Positions 33,417 through 47,347 of a DNA stretch of 64,000 nucleotides are shown here, piece after piece. Made by a program: the position numbers and the translations under genes. The notes beneath the pieces were generated by a model that did not search any database, was not told the DNA's origin, and saw nothing but the letters and a program-made list of their open reading frames with translations. The stretch's first letter is position 1; the number at the start of each line of letters is the position of its first letter. Source of the stretch: an uncultured Lentisphaerales bacterium (lineage in GTDB: Bacteria; Verrucomicrobiota; Lentisphaeria; JABSQK01; UBA12247); NCBI GenBank assembly GCA_943788985.1, contig CALSSJ010000036.1:32001-96000 (forward strand). Direction: 5' to 3'.

Positions 33417-33688
33417 CTACAGTTCCATCCCGGACACCTTCACCAACACGAAATACTCCGCATCACGAAGCATTTCGGTATTGTCGGCGGGAAGGATGTT
33501 GGGGTACGCAGTGCGCGGAATGCCAAACGATGCGCCATCCGCCGATTCGAGCGAAAGCCGCCCCTCCCGGTCAATGTTTGCCCGCCCGTGAAGGCAGCGC
33601 ATTTTGACCGGGCTATCTGGATCGTTCTCATCAGAAAGCTTCGCGAGCACCGCGCAGAAACGGCGCCCTTCGAGATAGCGAAGATCCA

Positions 33689-33689
<1 letters not shown>
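33417..33689 (-). CDS. Hypothetical 90-aa protein translationally coupled to carB
   Basis: TAATG stop/start overlap with carB; globular-looking sequence. Confidence 0.65.
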
Positions 33690-36949
<3,260 letters not shown>

Positions 36950-37055
36950 GCCGCCTCAATCTCGTTGGGTGAATGGAAGAGTCCAAGATTGGTCGCGTAC
37001 CATACTCGCAGCGCACCTCTTGGAAACCGTCGAAGGGCTATTTGAGAGCAGCTTT

Positions 37056-38030
37056 TCAGGGCTTGGGATAGCCGTCTGGGTGTGCTTCGCGCCAGTTCCA
37101 GGCAGATTCCACAATGGAAGACAGATCCAGATGGTCCGGTTCCCAGCCTAATTCTTGCCGGACTTTGTCCGCGCCAGCGATCAACGTGGGGATATCTCCT
37201 GGGCGCCGCTCTGCGATTTCCACCGGGACTTCGCGACGGGAAACACGCGCTACCGTGTCGATCACTTCACGCACACTGTGGCCGATTCCTGTCCCTACGT
37301 TGTAGCCGCCACTGCCGCGCGTCAGCGCCAGCATGTGCGCCTTGGCCAGATCCAGAATGTGAATGTAGTCACGCACGCAGGTCCCGTCGGGAGTCGGATA
37401 GTCGTCGCCAAAAATCTTGATGCACGGCCGCAGGCCTCGCGCCGCTTCGATCACGAGCGGAATCAGATGCGTCTCCGGAATGTGATCCTCGCCGAAGGTC
37501 TCGCTGGCACCGGCTGCGTTGAAATAGCGCAGGCAGACGTAGTCGAGCCCGTGAATCTCCTTGTACCAGCGCAGCACGCGCTCAAACATCAGCTTGGATT
37601 CGCCATACGGGCTGATCGGATCCATGGGCATATTTTCGACGATCGGCACGCTCGGGGGTACGCCGTAGATGGCGCAGGTACTCGAGAAAATGATGCGCGA
37701 GACGCCCGCAGCCACAGCGGCTTCCAGCAGGTTCACCCCACACTGCACGTTATTGGTGAAGAACCGGCCGGGAAACTTCATCGACTCGCCCACTTCAATA
37801 AATGCCGCGAAATGCATAATCGCATCCGGCTTCACCTGTTCCAAGGCATCACGAATCTCGTCGAAGTTTGCCAAATCCCCCTTAATAAGGGTCGCGCGCG
37901 AGTCGACTGCCTGCTGGTAGCCGTGGCAGAGATTGTCAAAAACCGTGACCTCATGGCCGTGATTCAACAGATACTCGCAGCAGGAGCTGCCGATATAGCC
38001 GGCACCGCCGGCAACGAATACATTCATCAT
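37056..38030 (-). CDS. galE: UDP-glucose 4-epimerase
   Basis: GGAGYIGS, YGESK, LRYFNAAGA, DGTCVRDYIH. Confidence 0.95.
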   Translation of the reverse strand: MMNVFVAGGAGYIGSSCCEYLLNHGHEVTVFDNLCHGYQQAVDSRATLIKGDLANFDEIRDALEQVKPDAIMHFAAFIEVGESMKFPGRFFTNNVQCGVNLLEAAVAAGVSRIIFSSTCAIYGVPPSVPIVENMPMDPISPYGESKLMFERVLRWYKEIHGLDYVCLRYFNAAGASETFGEDHIPETHLIPLVIEAARGLRPCIKIFGDDYPTPDGTCVRDYIHILDLAKAHMLALTRGSGGYNVGTGIGHSVREVIDTVARVSRREVPVEIAERRPGDIPTLIAGADKVRQELGWEPDHLDLSSIVESAWNWREAHPDGYPKP

Positions 38031-38036
38031 TTTTCC

Positions 38037-39356
38037 TTATGATCCTGGAGAATAAGTCCGGTCTAACGGTCGATGCGTAAAGCTGCGCACACCGCTTTCA
38101 AAGTCATCCACCGTATGTCCATCACCGAGCAGGACGTACTTATAACTGCACAACCCCTCCAGACCGACCGGCCCGCGGCTATGTAGGCGATTGGTGCTGA
38201 TCCCGACCTCTGCCCCCAGCCCATAGCGGAACCCATCCGCAAAACGCGTGCTGGCATTGTGCACCACAGACGACGAGTCGACCGCCGCGATGAAGGCAGC
38301 AGCCTGAGCCGCGTTCTCAGTCACAATCGCATCGGTGTGGTGACTCCCGTACTCATTGATATGATCCACGGCTTCAGCCATGCCAGCCACGACCCGGATT
38401 GCGACCACATAGTCCAGATACTCCGCTCGCCAGTCATCTTCGACAGCCGGAGTAATCGCAATTCCGCCAGCCAACGCCTGAATCTCCACATCCCCACGAA
38501 TCTCGACGCCTGCATCGTCCAGTGCGCGGAGTAACTTCGGGCCAATCTCAGCCAACGCAGCGCGGTCGATTAGAATGGTTTCTGCGGCATTACAGACCGA
38601 GACGTACTGGGTCTTCGCATCCACACAAATTCTTACAGATTTGTCAGCATCCGCTTCAGTCTCCACAAAAACGTGACAGATTCCGTCGGCATGCCCCATG
38701 ACCGCAATATTGGTATTTTCCATGATGTAACGGACGAACTCATTGGATCCGCGCGGGATGATCAGGTCTATATCGCGATCCAGGCCCAAGATCGCGGATA
38801 CATCTTCGCGCGTCTCTAATAACACGAGCCAGCCCTCGGGTGCTCCCGCGGCTACGGCCGCGTCATGCATGACCGTGGCCAAGGCCCGGTTGGACTCGAT
38901 CGCTTCACGCCCACCTTTGAGTAAGACGGCGTTGCCGGATTTCAGGCAAAGCGCAGCGATCTGCACCAAGGCATCCGGGCGAGACTCGAAGATCACGCCA
39001 ATCACGCCGATCGGCACGGATACCCGAAACAAATCAAGCTGGTCCGCCAACTCAGTCGCGCATTCGGTCTTTCCCAAAGGGTCGGCCTGCCGGGCCACAC
39101 TGCGGATCATGCTCACCACATCGTCATACTTTCCGGCCAAATCCAGCCTCTTCAGCAGCGGCGCATCCAGTTCCCCGCCATCTACGGCTCGCTTCGCGTT
39201 CTGCACGTCTTCACAGTTCGCCCGCAGGACCGCGTCCTGCTGCGCCTCTAACGCCTGCGCCATGGCCTCCATGGCCGCGCTGCGCTGGTCGTGCGATTGG
39301 GTGGCGAGAATACGTGCGGCTCTCCGCGCACCTGCTGCCTGCTCCGCGATTGTCAT
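38037..39356 (-). CDS. proA: Glutamate-5-semialdehyde dehydrogenase
   Basis: GVIFESRP, IPRGS, CNAAET, NASTRFADG..YGLGAEVGIST..RGPVGL. Confidence 0.96.
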   Translation of the reverse strand: MTIAEQAAGARRAARILATQSHDQRSAAMEAMAQALEAQQDAVLRANCEDVQNAKRAVDGGELDAPLLKRLDLAGKYDDVVSMIRSVARQADPLGKTECATELADQLDLFRVSVPIGVIGVIFESRPDALVQIAALCLKSGNAVLLKGGREAIESNRALATVMHDAAVAAGAPEGWLVLLETREDVSAILGLDRDIDLIIPRGSNEFVRYIMENTNIAVMGHADGICHVFVETEADADKSVRICVDAKTQYVSVCNAAETILIDRAALAEIGPKLLRALDDAGVEIRGDVEIQALAGGIAITPAVEDDWRAEYLDYVVAIRVVAGMAEAVDHINEYGSHHTDAIVTENAAQAAAFIAAVDSSSVVHNASTRFADGFRYGLGAEVGISTNRLHSRGPVGLEGLCSYKYVLLGDGHTVDDFESGVRSFTHRPLDRTYSPGS

Positions 39357-39582
39357 CGCCTTCTCCGTGGGGTGAAAAAGCCAATAAGATCGTGGCTGCG
39401 TTGGCCATTGCCAACCTCAGACCTGGCAAAGCCGAGATTCAGCCCTGGCTTCATCCCAAGCACCTCAGAGGCCCCGAGAGCCAGACCACGACATTATTGT
39501 CGCAAATCCGGGACCTACTGAACCCGTCACACACACATACCTCACTCCTCCACAACACTTTACGCACATAAATAGGAACCTC

Positions 39583-39598
39583 TGGCACGGTTCATGCT
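39583..39598 (+). promoter_or_regulatory. Sigma-54 (-24/-12) promoter of amtB-glnK
   Basis: TGGCACGGTTCATGCT: GG at 39584-85, GC at 39596-97, exact 10-nt spacing, upstream of nitrogen-regulated genes. Confidence 0.8.
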
Positions 39599-39706
39599 AA
39601 CCATTCGCAACACCTCGGATACAAACTTCGGCAAAGGAGACCACAGCCCCGTATATCCCGTCACTCATTCGCGATTCACTAGACACAACAACTGAGGAAC
39701 ACAAAA

Positions 39707-41116
39707 ATGAAATTTAATCGATGGATCACCGTAACCGCGCTCTTCTGCCTGCTGGCAGGAGCAGCCCTAGCCCAGGAAGCCCCTCCAGCAGTCGACGCCG
39801 CTGTGGCTGCTGTCGAAGGACTCTCCGAAGAAGCCCAAGGTCTCGCAGACTTTGCCACACGAAAGACGGAGGCCGAAGCACAACTCGTCACTCGTGGCGA
39901 GTTTGTCGCCAATAACGTGTGGATGATGGTCTGCGCGGCGTTGGTCTTCATTATGCACCTTGGCTTCTCCTGCCTCGAGACGGGACTGACCCGCGCCAAG
40001 AACACCACCAACATTTTGTTCAAGAACGTCTGTATCGTGGCGATTGGCATCCTGACCTACGCCCTGATCGGCTTTAACCTGATGTACCCGGGTGGAGATT
40101 CAGCTGGGGCTTGGTTTGGCTTCGCCGGCTTCTTTCTCGACACGGCCAATGCGGATGTCACAGCCGGCTACTACAATGGTGCCTACACGTACTGGACGGA
40201 CTTCCTGTTCCAGGCCATGTTCGCGGCCACCGCTGCCACAATCATCTCCGGTGCAGTCGCTGAGCGCGTGAAGCTCTCGACCTTCCTAATCTTCACCACC
40301 CTTTACGTTGCGATCTGCTACCCGATCGTCGGCATGTGGAAGTGGGGCGGCGGCTGGCTCGATGCGGCTGGGTTCTATGACTTTGCTGGTTCCACCATTG
40401 TCCACTCAGTCGGCGGCTGGGGCGCTCTCGTCTGCGCGTGGATGCTCGGACCTCGTATCGGCAAGTACGTCGGTGGCCAAAGCCGTCCGATCATGGGCCA
40501 TAACCTCCCGCTCGCTACCATCGGCATGTTCCTGCTGTGGCTCGGTTGGTTCGGTTTCAACGGCGGTTCCGTGCTATCCGCCGAGCCCGGTGCTACTTCG
40601 CTGGTCCTCGTGACTACCTCGCTCGCTGCTGCTGCTGGTGTCGTATCCGCGATGGTTGCTTCGTGGATCGTTCAGAAGACTCCCGATCTGACCATGATCC
40701 TCAACGGCGCGCTTGCTGGCCTCGTCGGCGTCACCGCCGGTGCGGACCAAGTCAGCCCGACCGCGGCCATCATCATCGGTCTTGTCTCGGGTGTCCTGGT
40801 CTTCTTCTCGGTTTTGGGCATTGATCGCATTCTGAAGATCGACGATCCGGTCGGTGCAATCTCCGTGCATCTCGTCTGCGGGATGTGGGGCACACTTGCT
40901 GTCGGCATATTCAACAGCAACTTCAGTGTCTTCACCCAGTTGAAGGGCATTATTGCAACTGCCGTATTCTGCGTCACTTTCTCAGTCATCGTCTTCGGCC
41001 TGCTCAAAATTCTGATCGGCATTCGCGTCAGCGAAAAAGAAGAACTTCGCGGTCTGGACATTAGCGAGCACGCCATGGAATCGTATGGCGGCTTCCAGAT
41101 CTTCACCACGCAATAG
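39707..41116 (+). CDS. amtB: Ammonium transporter
   Basis: [46 protein letters not shown]; signal peptide. Confidence 0.96.
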   Translation: MKFNRWITVTALFCLLAGAALAQEAPPAVDAAVAAVEGLSEEAQGLADFATRKTEAEAQLVTRGEFVANNVWMMVCAALVFIMHLGFSCLETGLTRAKNTTNILFKNVCIVAIGILTYALIGFNLMYPGGDSAGAWFGFAGFFLDTANADVTAGYYNGAYTYWTDFLFQAMFAATAATIISGAVAERVKLSTFLIFTTLYVAICYPIVGMWKWGGGWLDAAGFYDFAGSTIVHSVGGWGALVCAWMLGPRIGKYVGGQSRPIMGHNLPLATIGMFLLWLGWFGFNGGSVLSAEPGATSLVLVTTSLAAAAGVVSAMVASWIVQKTPDLTMILNGALAGLVGVTAGADQVSPTAAIIIGLVSGVLVFFSVLGIDRILKIDDPVGAISVHLVCGMWGTLAVGIFNSNFSVFTQLKGIIATAVFCVTFSVIVFGLLKILIGIRVSEKEELRGLDISEHAMESYGGFQIFTTQ

Positions 41117-41136
41117 GTTCAGAAGGAATATCAATC

Positions 41137-41478
41137 ATGAAACTGATTATTGCATTCGTTCAACCAGAACGCACCAATGCTGTCAAGCAGGCGTTGCATG
41201 ACGCCGGCATCACCAAAATGAGTGTCAATAGTTCCCTCGGCTGCGGCCAGCAGATGGGCTTTGAAGAGCACTACCGCGGGAACAAAGTGGAGATCAACCT
41301 GCTGAAGAAGGCACGGTTCGAAGTCGGCGTCAACGAAGAATTCGTGGACAAAGCAGTCGAAGCCATCGTCTCTGGCGCCAAGACTGGCCAGATCGGCGAC
41401 GGCAAGATCTTCGTCCTCCCCGTCGAGCAATGCATCCGCATTCGCACCGGCGAGACCGGAGGTGACGCCGTCGGCTGA
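41137..41478 (+). CDS. glnK: P-II nitrogen regulator
   Basis: T-loop [25 protein letters not shown]; linked to amtB. Confidence 0.93.
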   Translation: MKLIIAFVQPERTNAVKQALHDAGITKMSVNSSLGCGQQMGFEEHYRGNKVEINLLKKARFEVGVNEEFVDKAVEAIVSGAKTGQIGDGKIFVLPVEQCIRIRTGETGGDAVG

Positions 41479-41498
41479 TCTCCCTGTCATGACGACAC

Positions 41499-41536
41499 AA
41501 AGGCGGTGCTGCCACCAGGGCGGCACCGCCTTTTTT
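41499..41536 (+). terminator. Rho-independent terminator after glnK
   Basis: AAAGGCGGTGCTGCC-loop-GGCGGCACCGCC followed by TTTTTT. Confidence 0.9.
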
Positions 41537-41556
41537 CGTGTTAGCGGGGGAAGTCT

Positions 41557-41672
41557 TTGAATGTCCAACAGCAAACATGGAATTTTCAAGGTCCAAGTCC
41601 GGCAAAACGTGCGCGACGGCCTCCGCCTTCATTTGGCAATTAGAAATTCCCTGTTGGCTGTTGGATATTGAA
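41557..41672. repeat. Palindromic intergenic element, copy 1
   Basis: Arms 41557-41598 and 41631-41672 complementary at 32 of 42 positions (hand count); homologous to 54312-54445 in reverse orientation. Confidence 0.85.
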
Positions 41673-41764
41673 GTCGTCCAATTCTCAGTTCAAAATTCAC
41701 CGAGCGGCAGTACTGTCTCTAGCTCCGCGGATTACCGCTCAACAGCAAACGGAACAGAAACACC

Positions 41765-43024
41765 ATGAGTTTCGCGCACAGCCAACACGAAGCACTCTTC
41801 GCCCTCGAACAGGACGGGTACTTCGGCCGCTTCGGCGGTTCCTTCATTCCGGAAATCTTGCACTCCACTCTCGAAGAGCTCAAGCAAGCCTTCGTCAATG
41901 TCTGCCTGCAGCCGGAATTTTGGCGGGACTACGTGGAAATCATGCAGACCTATTCCTGCCGCCCTACCCCCATCACCCACCTGGCGAATCTCAGCAAGGT
42001 GGTCGGCGGCGCCCAGATCTACATGAAGCGCGAAGACCTGAACCACACAGGCGCTCACAAAGCGAACAACGTCATGGGCCAGGGGCTGCTCGTCCAGCGC
42101 ATGGGCAAGAAGCGCGTGATTGCCGAGACCGGCGCCGGTCAGCACGGCGTCGCCACAGCCACCATGGCTGCACGCATGGGCTTCGACTGCACCATCTATA
42201 TGGGGGCTGTCGACGTCGAACGCCAACGTCCCAACGTGTTCTGGATGGAACAGATGGGCGCCGAAGTCATCCCTGTCACCGACGGCACCGCCACCCTCAA
42301 AGACGCCATCAACGAGGCCTTTCGTGACTGGGCAAACTCCATGGATGAGACCCACTACGCGCTTGGCACAGCCTGCGGTCCCCACCCCTTCCCCCTCATG
42401 GTCTCCTACTTTCAGAGCATCACCGGCATCGAAGCGCGCGAGCAAATTCTGAAGCAAGCCGGCAAGCTCCCGGACCGCATCTTTGCCTGTGTCGGCGGCG
42501 GCTCCAATGCCATGGGCATCTTCAGTGGTTTCCTCAACGATGAAGCCGTAGAACTCGTCGGCATTGAAGCTGGCGGCGATGGCCTCGACACCGAGCGCCA
42601 TGCCTCGCGCCTCACTGATTCTGGCAGCTCCACCGGCGTCGCGCAAGGCTACAAAACCTACTTCTTGCAGAACGACGAAGGCCAGATGCGCGAGACCCAC
42701 TCCGTCGCCGCTGGCCTCGACTACATCGGCGTCAGCCCCATCCTCTCACACCTGCACGACGTCAACCGTGCCCGCTTTGAGGCCGCCACCGATTCCGAAG
42801 TCGTCGACGCCCTGCGCATGCTCATGCGTCATGAAGGCATCATCGCCGCGCTTGAAAGCGCCCACGCCGTCGCCGGAGCCCTCCGCGAAGCCGCAACCAT
42901 GAAACCCGACGAAGTCATTCTCATCAACCTCTCCGGCCGGGGCGACAAAGACATCTTCACCATTGCCGATGCACTTGGCGACGAACGCTGGCAACAATTT
43001 CTCAAGGAGCGCGCGAACCAATGA
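41765..43024 (+). CDS. trpB: Tryptophan synthase beta chain
   Basis: KREDLNHTGAHK, AETGAGQHG, CVGGGSN, NLSGRGDKD. Confidence 0.97.
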   Translation: MSFAHSQHEALFALEQDGYFGRFGGSFIPEILHSTLEELKQAFVNVCLQPEFWRDYVEIMQTYSCRPTPITHLANLSKVVGGAQIYMKREDLNHTGAHKANNVMGQGLLVQRMGKKRVIAETGAGQHGVATATMAARMGFDCTIYMGAVDVERQRPNVFWMEQMGAEVIPVTDGTATLKDAINEAFRDWANSMDETHYALGTACGPHPFPLMVSYFQSITGIEAREQILKQAGKLPDRIFACVGGGSNAMGIFSGFLNDEAVELVGIEAGGDGLDTERHASRLTDSGSSTGVAQGYKTYFLQNDEGQMRETHSVAAGLDYIGVSPILSHLHDVNRARFEAATDSEVVDALRMLMRHEGIIAALESAHAVAGALREAATMKPDEVILINLSGRGDKDIFTIADALGDERWQQFLKERANQ

Positions 43025-43809
43025 ATTCGCTCACCAAGACCATTCGGCAGCGTCTGGAAGACCGCAAGATTCTGCTCATGACTCACCTCATCGTCGGTTA
43101 CCCGTCGCTAGATGTAAACCGGCGCATGCTCCAGATCATGGCAGAGCACGACGTGGACCTGATCGAGCTCCAATGCCCCTTCAGCGAGCCCATGGCTGAC
43201 GGCCCCACCTTCGTCCACGCTAACGAAAAGGCCCTCGCCAACGGCGTCACCCTCCCAGTCTACCTCGACTTCTTCCAAGAAGCCGTCCAGACCAGTTCAG
43301 CCCCGTTGCTGATGATGGGCTACTACAACACAGCCTTTCGCCTCGGTCACGAAGCATTCTGTCAAAGCATTGCCGCAGTCGGCGGCCAGGGCTTCATTCT
43401 CCCCGACCTGCCGATCGACGAATACCATGGCCTGGAAAAGCTCGCTGCGGACTCCGCACTTTCCCCCATCCAGCTCGTCACGCCCACCAGCTCAGTGGAG
43501 CGACTCAACCAAATCGCAGAATTGGCCAGTGGTTTCGTCTACGCCGTCGCCCGCAAGGGCGTCACCGGTGCCCGCACCGAAGTCGCCGTCGACGACGGCC
43601 TCGACGACTTCCTCGCTCGCTGCCGTGCCGCCACCGACCTGCCCCTCGCGCTCGGCTTCGGACTGCGCGAGCCCGATGACCTGCGTCGCCTCCACGGCCG
43701 CGCGGACATCGCCATCGTCGGCTCGGCTCTGCTGAACAGCTGGGAACAGCACGGCGAAGCCGGTTTTCGTGAGCTAATCGCTGGACTAGCCGCAGCCCGC
43801 TACAGCTGA
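43021..43809 (+). CDS. trpA: Tryptophan synthase alpha chain
   Basis: IELQCPFSEPMADGP, MGYYN, LPDLP, R.GVTG, LGFG, IVGSA; ATGA overlap with trpB. Confidence 0.93.
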   Translation: MNSLTKTIRQRLEDRKILLMTHLIVGYPSLDVNRRMLQIMAEHDVDLIELQCPFSEPMADGPTFVHANEKALANGVTLPVYLDFFQEAVQTSSAPLLMMGYYNTAFRLGHEAFCQSIAAVGGQGFILPDLPIDEYHGLEKLAADSALSPIQLVTPTSSVERLNQIAELASGFVYAVARKGVTGARTEVAVDDGLDDFLARCRAATDLPLALGFGLREPDDLRRLHGRADIAIVGSALLNSWEQHGEAGFRELIAGLAAARYS

Positions 43810-43816
43810 TTCAGCC

Positions 43817-44491
43817 ATGTATCTCGCCGCCCTAGACACCAGCGCCGCCCGTGGCTCCTTCGCCATCCTGCGCGAAGACGCCAGCGTAGTTGCGGCCGTC
43901 AACGAGCTAGAGACTGGCCGCCGCTCCGCCGGCCTCTTCTCCGCCGTCATGTCTTGCTGCGAGCAAGCCGGCTTCCACCCGAACGACATTCGGGCCTGGC
44001 GCGTCGGCATGGGGCCCGGCAGCTTCACCGGCATCCGGGCCGGCGCTGCACTCGTGCTCGGCATCGCCTATGGCAGCGGGGCCACCGTCCGGGGGGCACC
44101 CAGCGCCTCCGCCCTGCTGCAGGCCGCCGCTCTGCCTGCGCAGACCGACCGCGCCTTCGGCCTTTTCGACGGCCGTCGTGGCGAAACCCTCGTCTCCCCG
44201 TGCGTCCGCCAAGACACTGGCTGGGCCCTCGCCGAACCACCCTACGCCAAAAAGATCTCCGAGCTCGATCCCACCGCAACCTACGTCGTCCTCGAGCAGG
44301 ACCCCATTGTCGCCGACGTGCAAGCAAGCGTAGGCGACTCTGCTATCATCGTCGACCATCTTGCCGTGCAGGCCTTCTGGGGCACCGATGCTCAGCGCCT
44401 CGACGGCGAAGACGAACTCGTCCCGCTCTACGTGCGCCCATCGGTCTTCGTCCGGCCCAAGACGCCGCGCTTCCAACGAGCCAGCGCGTGA
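43817..44491 (+). CDS. tsaB: tRNA threonylcarbamoyladenosine biosynthesis protein TsaB
   Basis: LAALDTS, GPGSFTGIR, DGRRGE, PLYVR. Confidence 0.88.
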   Translation: MYLAALDTSAARGSFAILREDASVVAAVNELETGRRSAGLFSAVMSCCEQAGFHPNDIRAWRVGMGPGSFTGIRAGAALVLGIAYGSGATVRGAPSASALLQAAALPAQTDRAFGLFDGRRGETLVSPCVRQDTGWALAEPPYAKKISELDPTATYVVLEQDPIVADVQASVGDSAIIVDHLAVQAFWGTDAQRLDGEDELVPLYVRPSVFVRPKTPRFQRASA

Positions 44492-45054
44492 ACATCTGCA
44501 TGACCCCGTTTGCCGAGCGCCAGTACCGCCCGGATTTCGGCGGCACCTGCCTCAAGCCCGAATGGGTTCAGGACATGATCCAGCGTGCGGAGTCCGCCAC
44601 CGACATCCGGCCCGGCTACGCAGACTTCAACAAAATCATCGTTCTCGACAACCGGGACCAGCGCTATCCCCTGCGCTTGCGCGTCATTCCCCGCGCTGCG
44701 GCCATTGCCCAAAGCGCCACCTTTCACACCGCCTACGAGGCCCGTCGCCCCGAAGAGTTGCCCGTCCTCGCCGAGTGGGTCACCGGTGTCAATGGCGACG
44801 TCGCGCCATACGTCCACCTCATCGTCTACAGCCGCGCCCAACTCGAGCTTGAGGACGAGCCAGTCACCGCCGATTGGGGAATCGTCTCGATCAACGCCGG
44901 AGCTGCTGCAGCTGCCGAGCCCATGCGCCCCATCACCATGATGCGCAACGCCCTGGGCGTCGCCTTTGGCGGCAGCGGCCATGACATCGACGTAGCCGCC
45001 TACCGCGCGAGTGCGGCCTATTGGACCGAGCATATCATGATTCGCGAGCCATGA
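44488..45054 (+). CDS. DUF3228 family protein (GTG 44488 or ATG 44500)
   Basis: GYADF.K, YEARRPEELPVL..W, LIVYSR.QL, WGIVSI, PM.PITMMRNALG...GGSG, Y..S..YW. Confidence 0.8.
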   Translation: MNICMTPFAERQYRPDFGGTCLKPEWVQDMIQRAESATDIRPGYADFNKIIVLDNRDQRYPLRLRVIPRAAAIAQSATFHTAYEARRPEELPVLAEWVTGVNGDVAPYVHLIVYSRAQLELEDEPVTADWGIVSINAGAAAAAEPMRPITMMRNALGVAFGGSGHDIDVAAYRASAAYWTEHIMIREP

Positions 45055-45716
45055 AGCATGCCACCACCATTCTGATGCTGCTCTTTGCAGCCCTAGCAGT
45101 CTGGCAAACCCTCGAGATTTCCCACCTTCGCCAAGACCTGGCCGCCGCCCTCACGCTGCCCACGGCTTCCCCGGTATTGTCCCAGCCAGCGCCCTCCCGG
45201 CCCATCCCTCCCGCCAGAATTCCAGCCGAGGCCTCCGCGCTCGCCAGCAGTCCCCTCCCCATCCCGACTGCGCAGTCGGACGTTGCGAACTCCGCAAAAC
45301 TCCCTGAGTTCTCGCTGCTCTTCGAGCTTCTCGAGCTCAGCCCCGCTGAAGCCGCGGCGACCACCGCAGCCCTGCACGCCCGCGGCCAAGGCACCCGCCA
45401 GCGCCCGTCTGGGGTCATCGATGCCCGCAACGGCCAAGCCAACCACGACGGGCTCAAAGCCGCACTCGGCGAGAAATACCCACTGTTCAAGCAGTACGAG
45501 CCGATGCTTCACGAGCTCGAGGTCGTGGCCCGCCTCCACCAGCAGCTGACCGAAATGGAACTTCCCCTCGACCGCCAGCAGTGGATCTCCCTCGCAGGCA
45601 TCCTCCACGACATTGGCCTGCGTGGTACCACCGCCACTCTCCAGGAAGCCGCAGCAAACGTCCTCGATCCCAAGCAGCAGCAAGCTTTCAACGCCTGGCT
45701 GCGCGCCCGCGATTAG
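45051..45716 (+). CDS. Hypothetical membrane-anchored protein with Pro-rich linker and helical domain
   Basis: ATGA overlap with upstream stop; single N-terminal hydrophobic helix. Confidence 0.65.
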   Translation: MKHATTILMLLFAALAVWQTLEISHLRQDLAAALTLPTASPVLSQPAPSRPIPPARIPAEASALASSPLPIPTAQSDVANSAKLPEFSLLFELLELSPAEAAATTAALHARGQGTRQRPSGVIDARNGQANHDGLKAALGEKYPLFKQYEPMLHELEVVARLHQQLTEMELPLDRQQWISLAGILHDIGLRGTTATLQEAAANVLDPKQQQAFNAWLRARD

Positions 45717-45880
45717 AACGACTGGGCGTATCGAATCCACAGAAGTTCCAAAAAGATCGACTCGTCCATCAGCATCGTCTCCCGCGCGCTGTCCTTGCTG
45801 CGCGCCAAAGACGGCAACAGCATCGCGGCCAGAATCGCGATGATCGTAATGACAACGAGAAATTCGATCAGCGTAAAGTG
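45713..45880 (-). pseudogene. Prepilin-like N-terminal stub
   Basis: FTLIEFLVVITIIAILAAMLLPSLARSKDSAR then unrelated sequence and stop. Confidence 0.65.
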
Positions 45881-45888
45881 AGGGCGGG

Positions 45889-45920
45889 ACTCAGGAGCCA
45901 CGCGGGCGCGGCTCCTGAGT
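45889..45920. other. Hairpin just downstream of xylA (no U tract)
   Basis: ACTCAGGAGCC / GGCTCCTGAGT perfect 11-bp stem. Confidence 0.6.
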
Positions 45921-45926
45921 GGGGAC

Positions 45927-47232
45927 CTAGATGAACTCGTTGATGAGGTTCTCGAGCATCTCCTGACGACCGCTGGCGATGGCTGGCTCGCCGTTCCCCA
46001 AGGCAAAGGCCTGAAGATCCTCGAAGCTGCACTGGCCTGCCTCAACCTTGGCGCCAATGCCAGCATTGAAGCTGCTGTAGCGGGCGGCGACGAAGTCGGC
46101 CAGACGGCCATCTTCGCGGATGGCGTGGGCGATCTTGAGGCCGCGGGCGAACGCGTCCATGCCGCCGATGTGGGCGTGCATCAGATCGATCGGCTCGTGC
46201 GACTCGCGACGGCGCTTGGCGTCGAAGTTCAAGCCGCCGGTGGTGAAGCCGCCCATCTCGAGGACGGAGAGCATGATCTCGGACGTCAAGTAGATGTCTG
46301 TGGGAAACTGGTCGGTATCCCAGCCGATGAGTTCATCGCCGCGGTTGGCGTCGATGCTACCGAGCATGCCAGCATTGGCAGCCACGGTGAGCTCGTGCTG
46401 CATGGTGTGTCCCGCGAGGGTGGCATGGTTGGTCTCGATGTTCAGCTTGAAGTGATCCATGAGATCGTATTCGCGCAGAAAGTTGAGACAGGCCGCGGAG
46501 TCACTGTCGTACTGGTGGGGTGGACGGTTCACGCGGCTTGGGCTCGATATAGAAGGGGCCGTCGAAGCCGATCTTCTTGGCGTGATCCACGGCCATGTGC
46601 AGGAAGGCACCGAGATGGTCGAGCTCGCGCTTCATGTTCGTATTGAGCAGCGTCGAGTAGCCTTCGCGACCGCCCCAAAAGGTGTAGCCGAGGCCGCCCA
46701 GTTCGTGAGTAGCTTCGAGGGCCTTCTTGACCTGAGCCCCAGCGTAGGCGTAGACGTTGGCGTCGGGAGACGTCGCGGCGCCCTGCGAATACCGGGGATG
46801 GCTGAACAGGCAGGCGGTACCCCAGAGCAGCTTCACGCCGGTCTCGGCTTGTTTCTCTTTGAGCTTGGCCACGACTTGGTCAAGGGCCGCGTTGGAGGCC
46901 GCGAGGTCGCCCAACTCGGGGGCGATGTCGCGGTCGTGAAAGCAGTAGTATTCAATGCCCATTTTGTCGAGGAACTCGAAGAAGACATCGACTCGTTTGA
47001 GGGCGTTGTCGACGGAGTCGCTGCCATCGTCCCAGGGCATCTGAGCCGTGCCCGCGCCGAAGGGATCGGCGAGGCCGTTGCGCATCACGTGCCAGTACGC
47101 ACCGGCGAAGCGCAAGTGCTCCTTCATGGACTTGCCGGCGACGAGTTCGGCTGCGTTGTAGTGCTTGAAGGCGAGCGGGTTCTTGGACGCGGCGCCCTCG
47201 AATTGAATCTTGTCGCAGTCGAAATATGCCAT
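45927..47232 (-). CDS. xylA: Xylose isomerase (class II); one +1 frameshift in run 46517-46520
   Basis: [63 protein letters not shown]. Confidence 0.93.
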
Positions 47233-47347
47233 GGGGACCTCAGATGCTTTGCTGGTGGTATGTCAAAGCCTACGAATGTACTTAGTTTCTCAAAAGATAA
47301 AACCGCATATTGCGTGCATATTCTGTTGATTCGCGTCAAAGTTTTCT

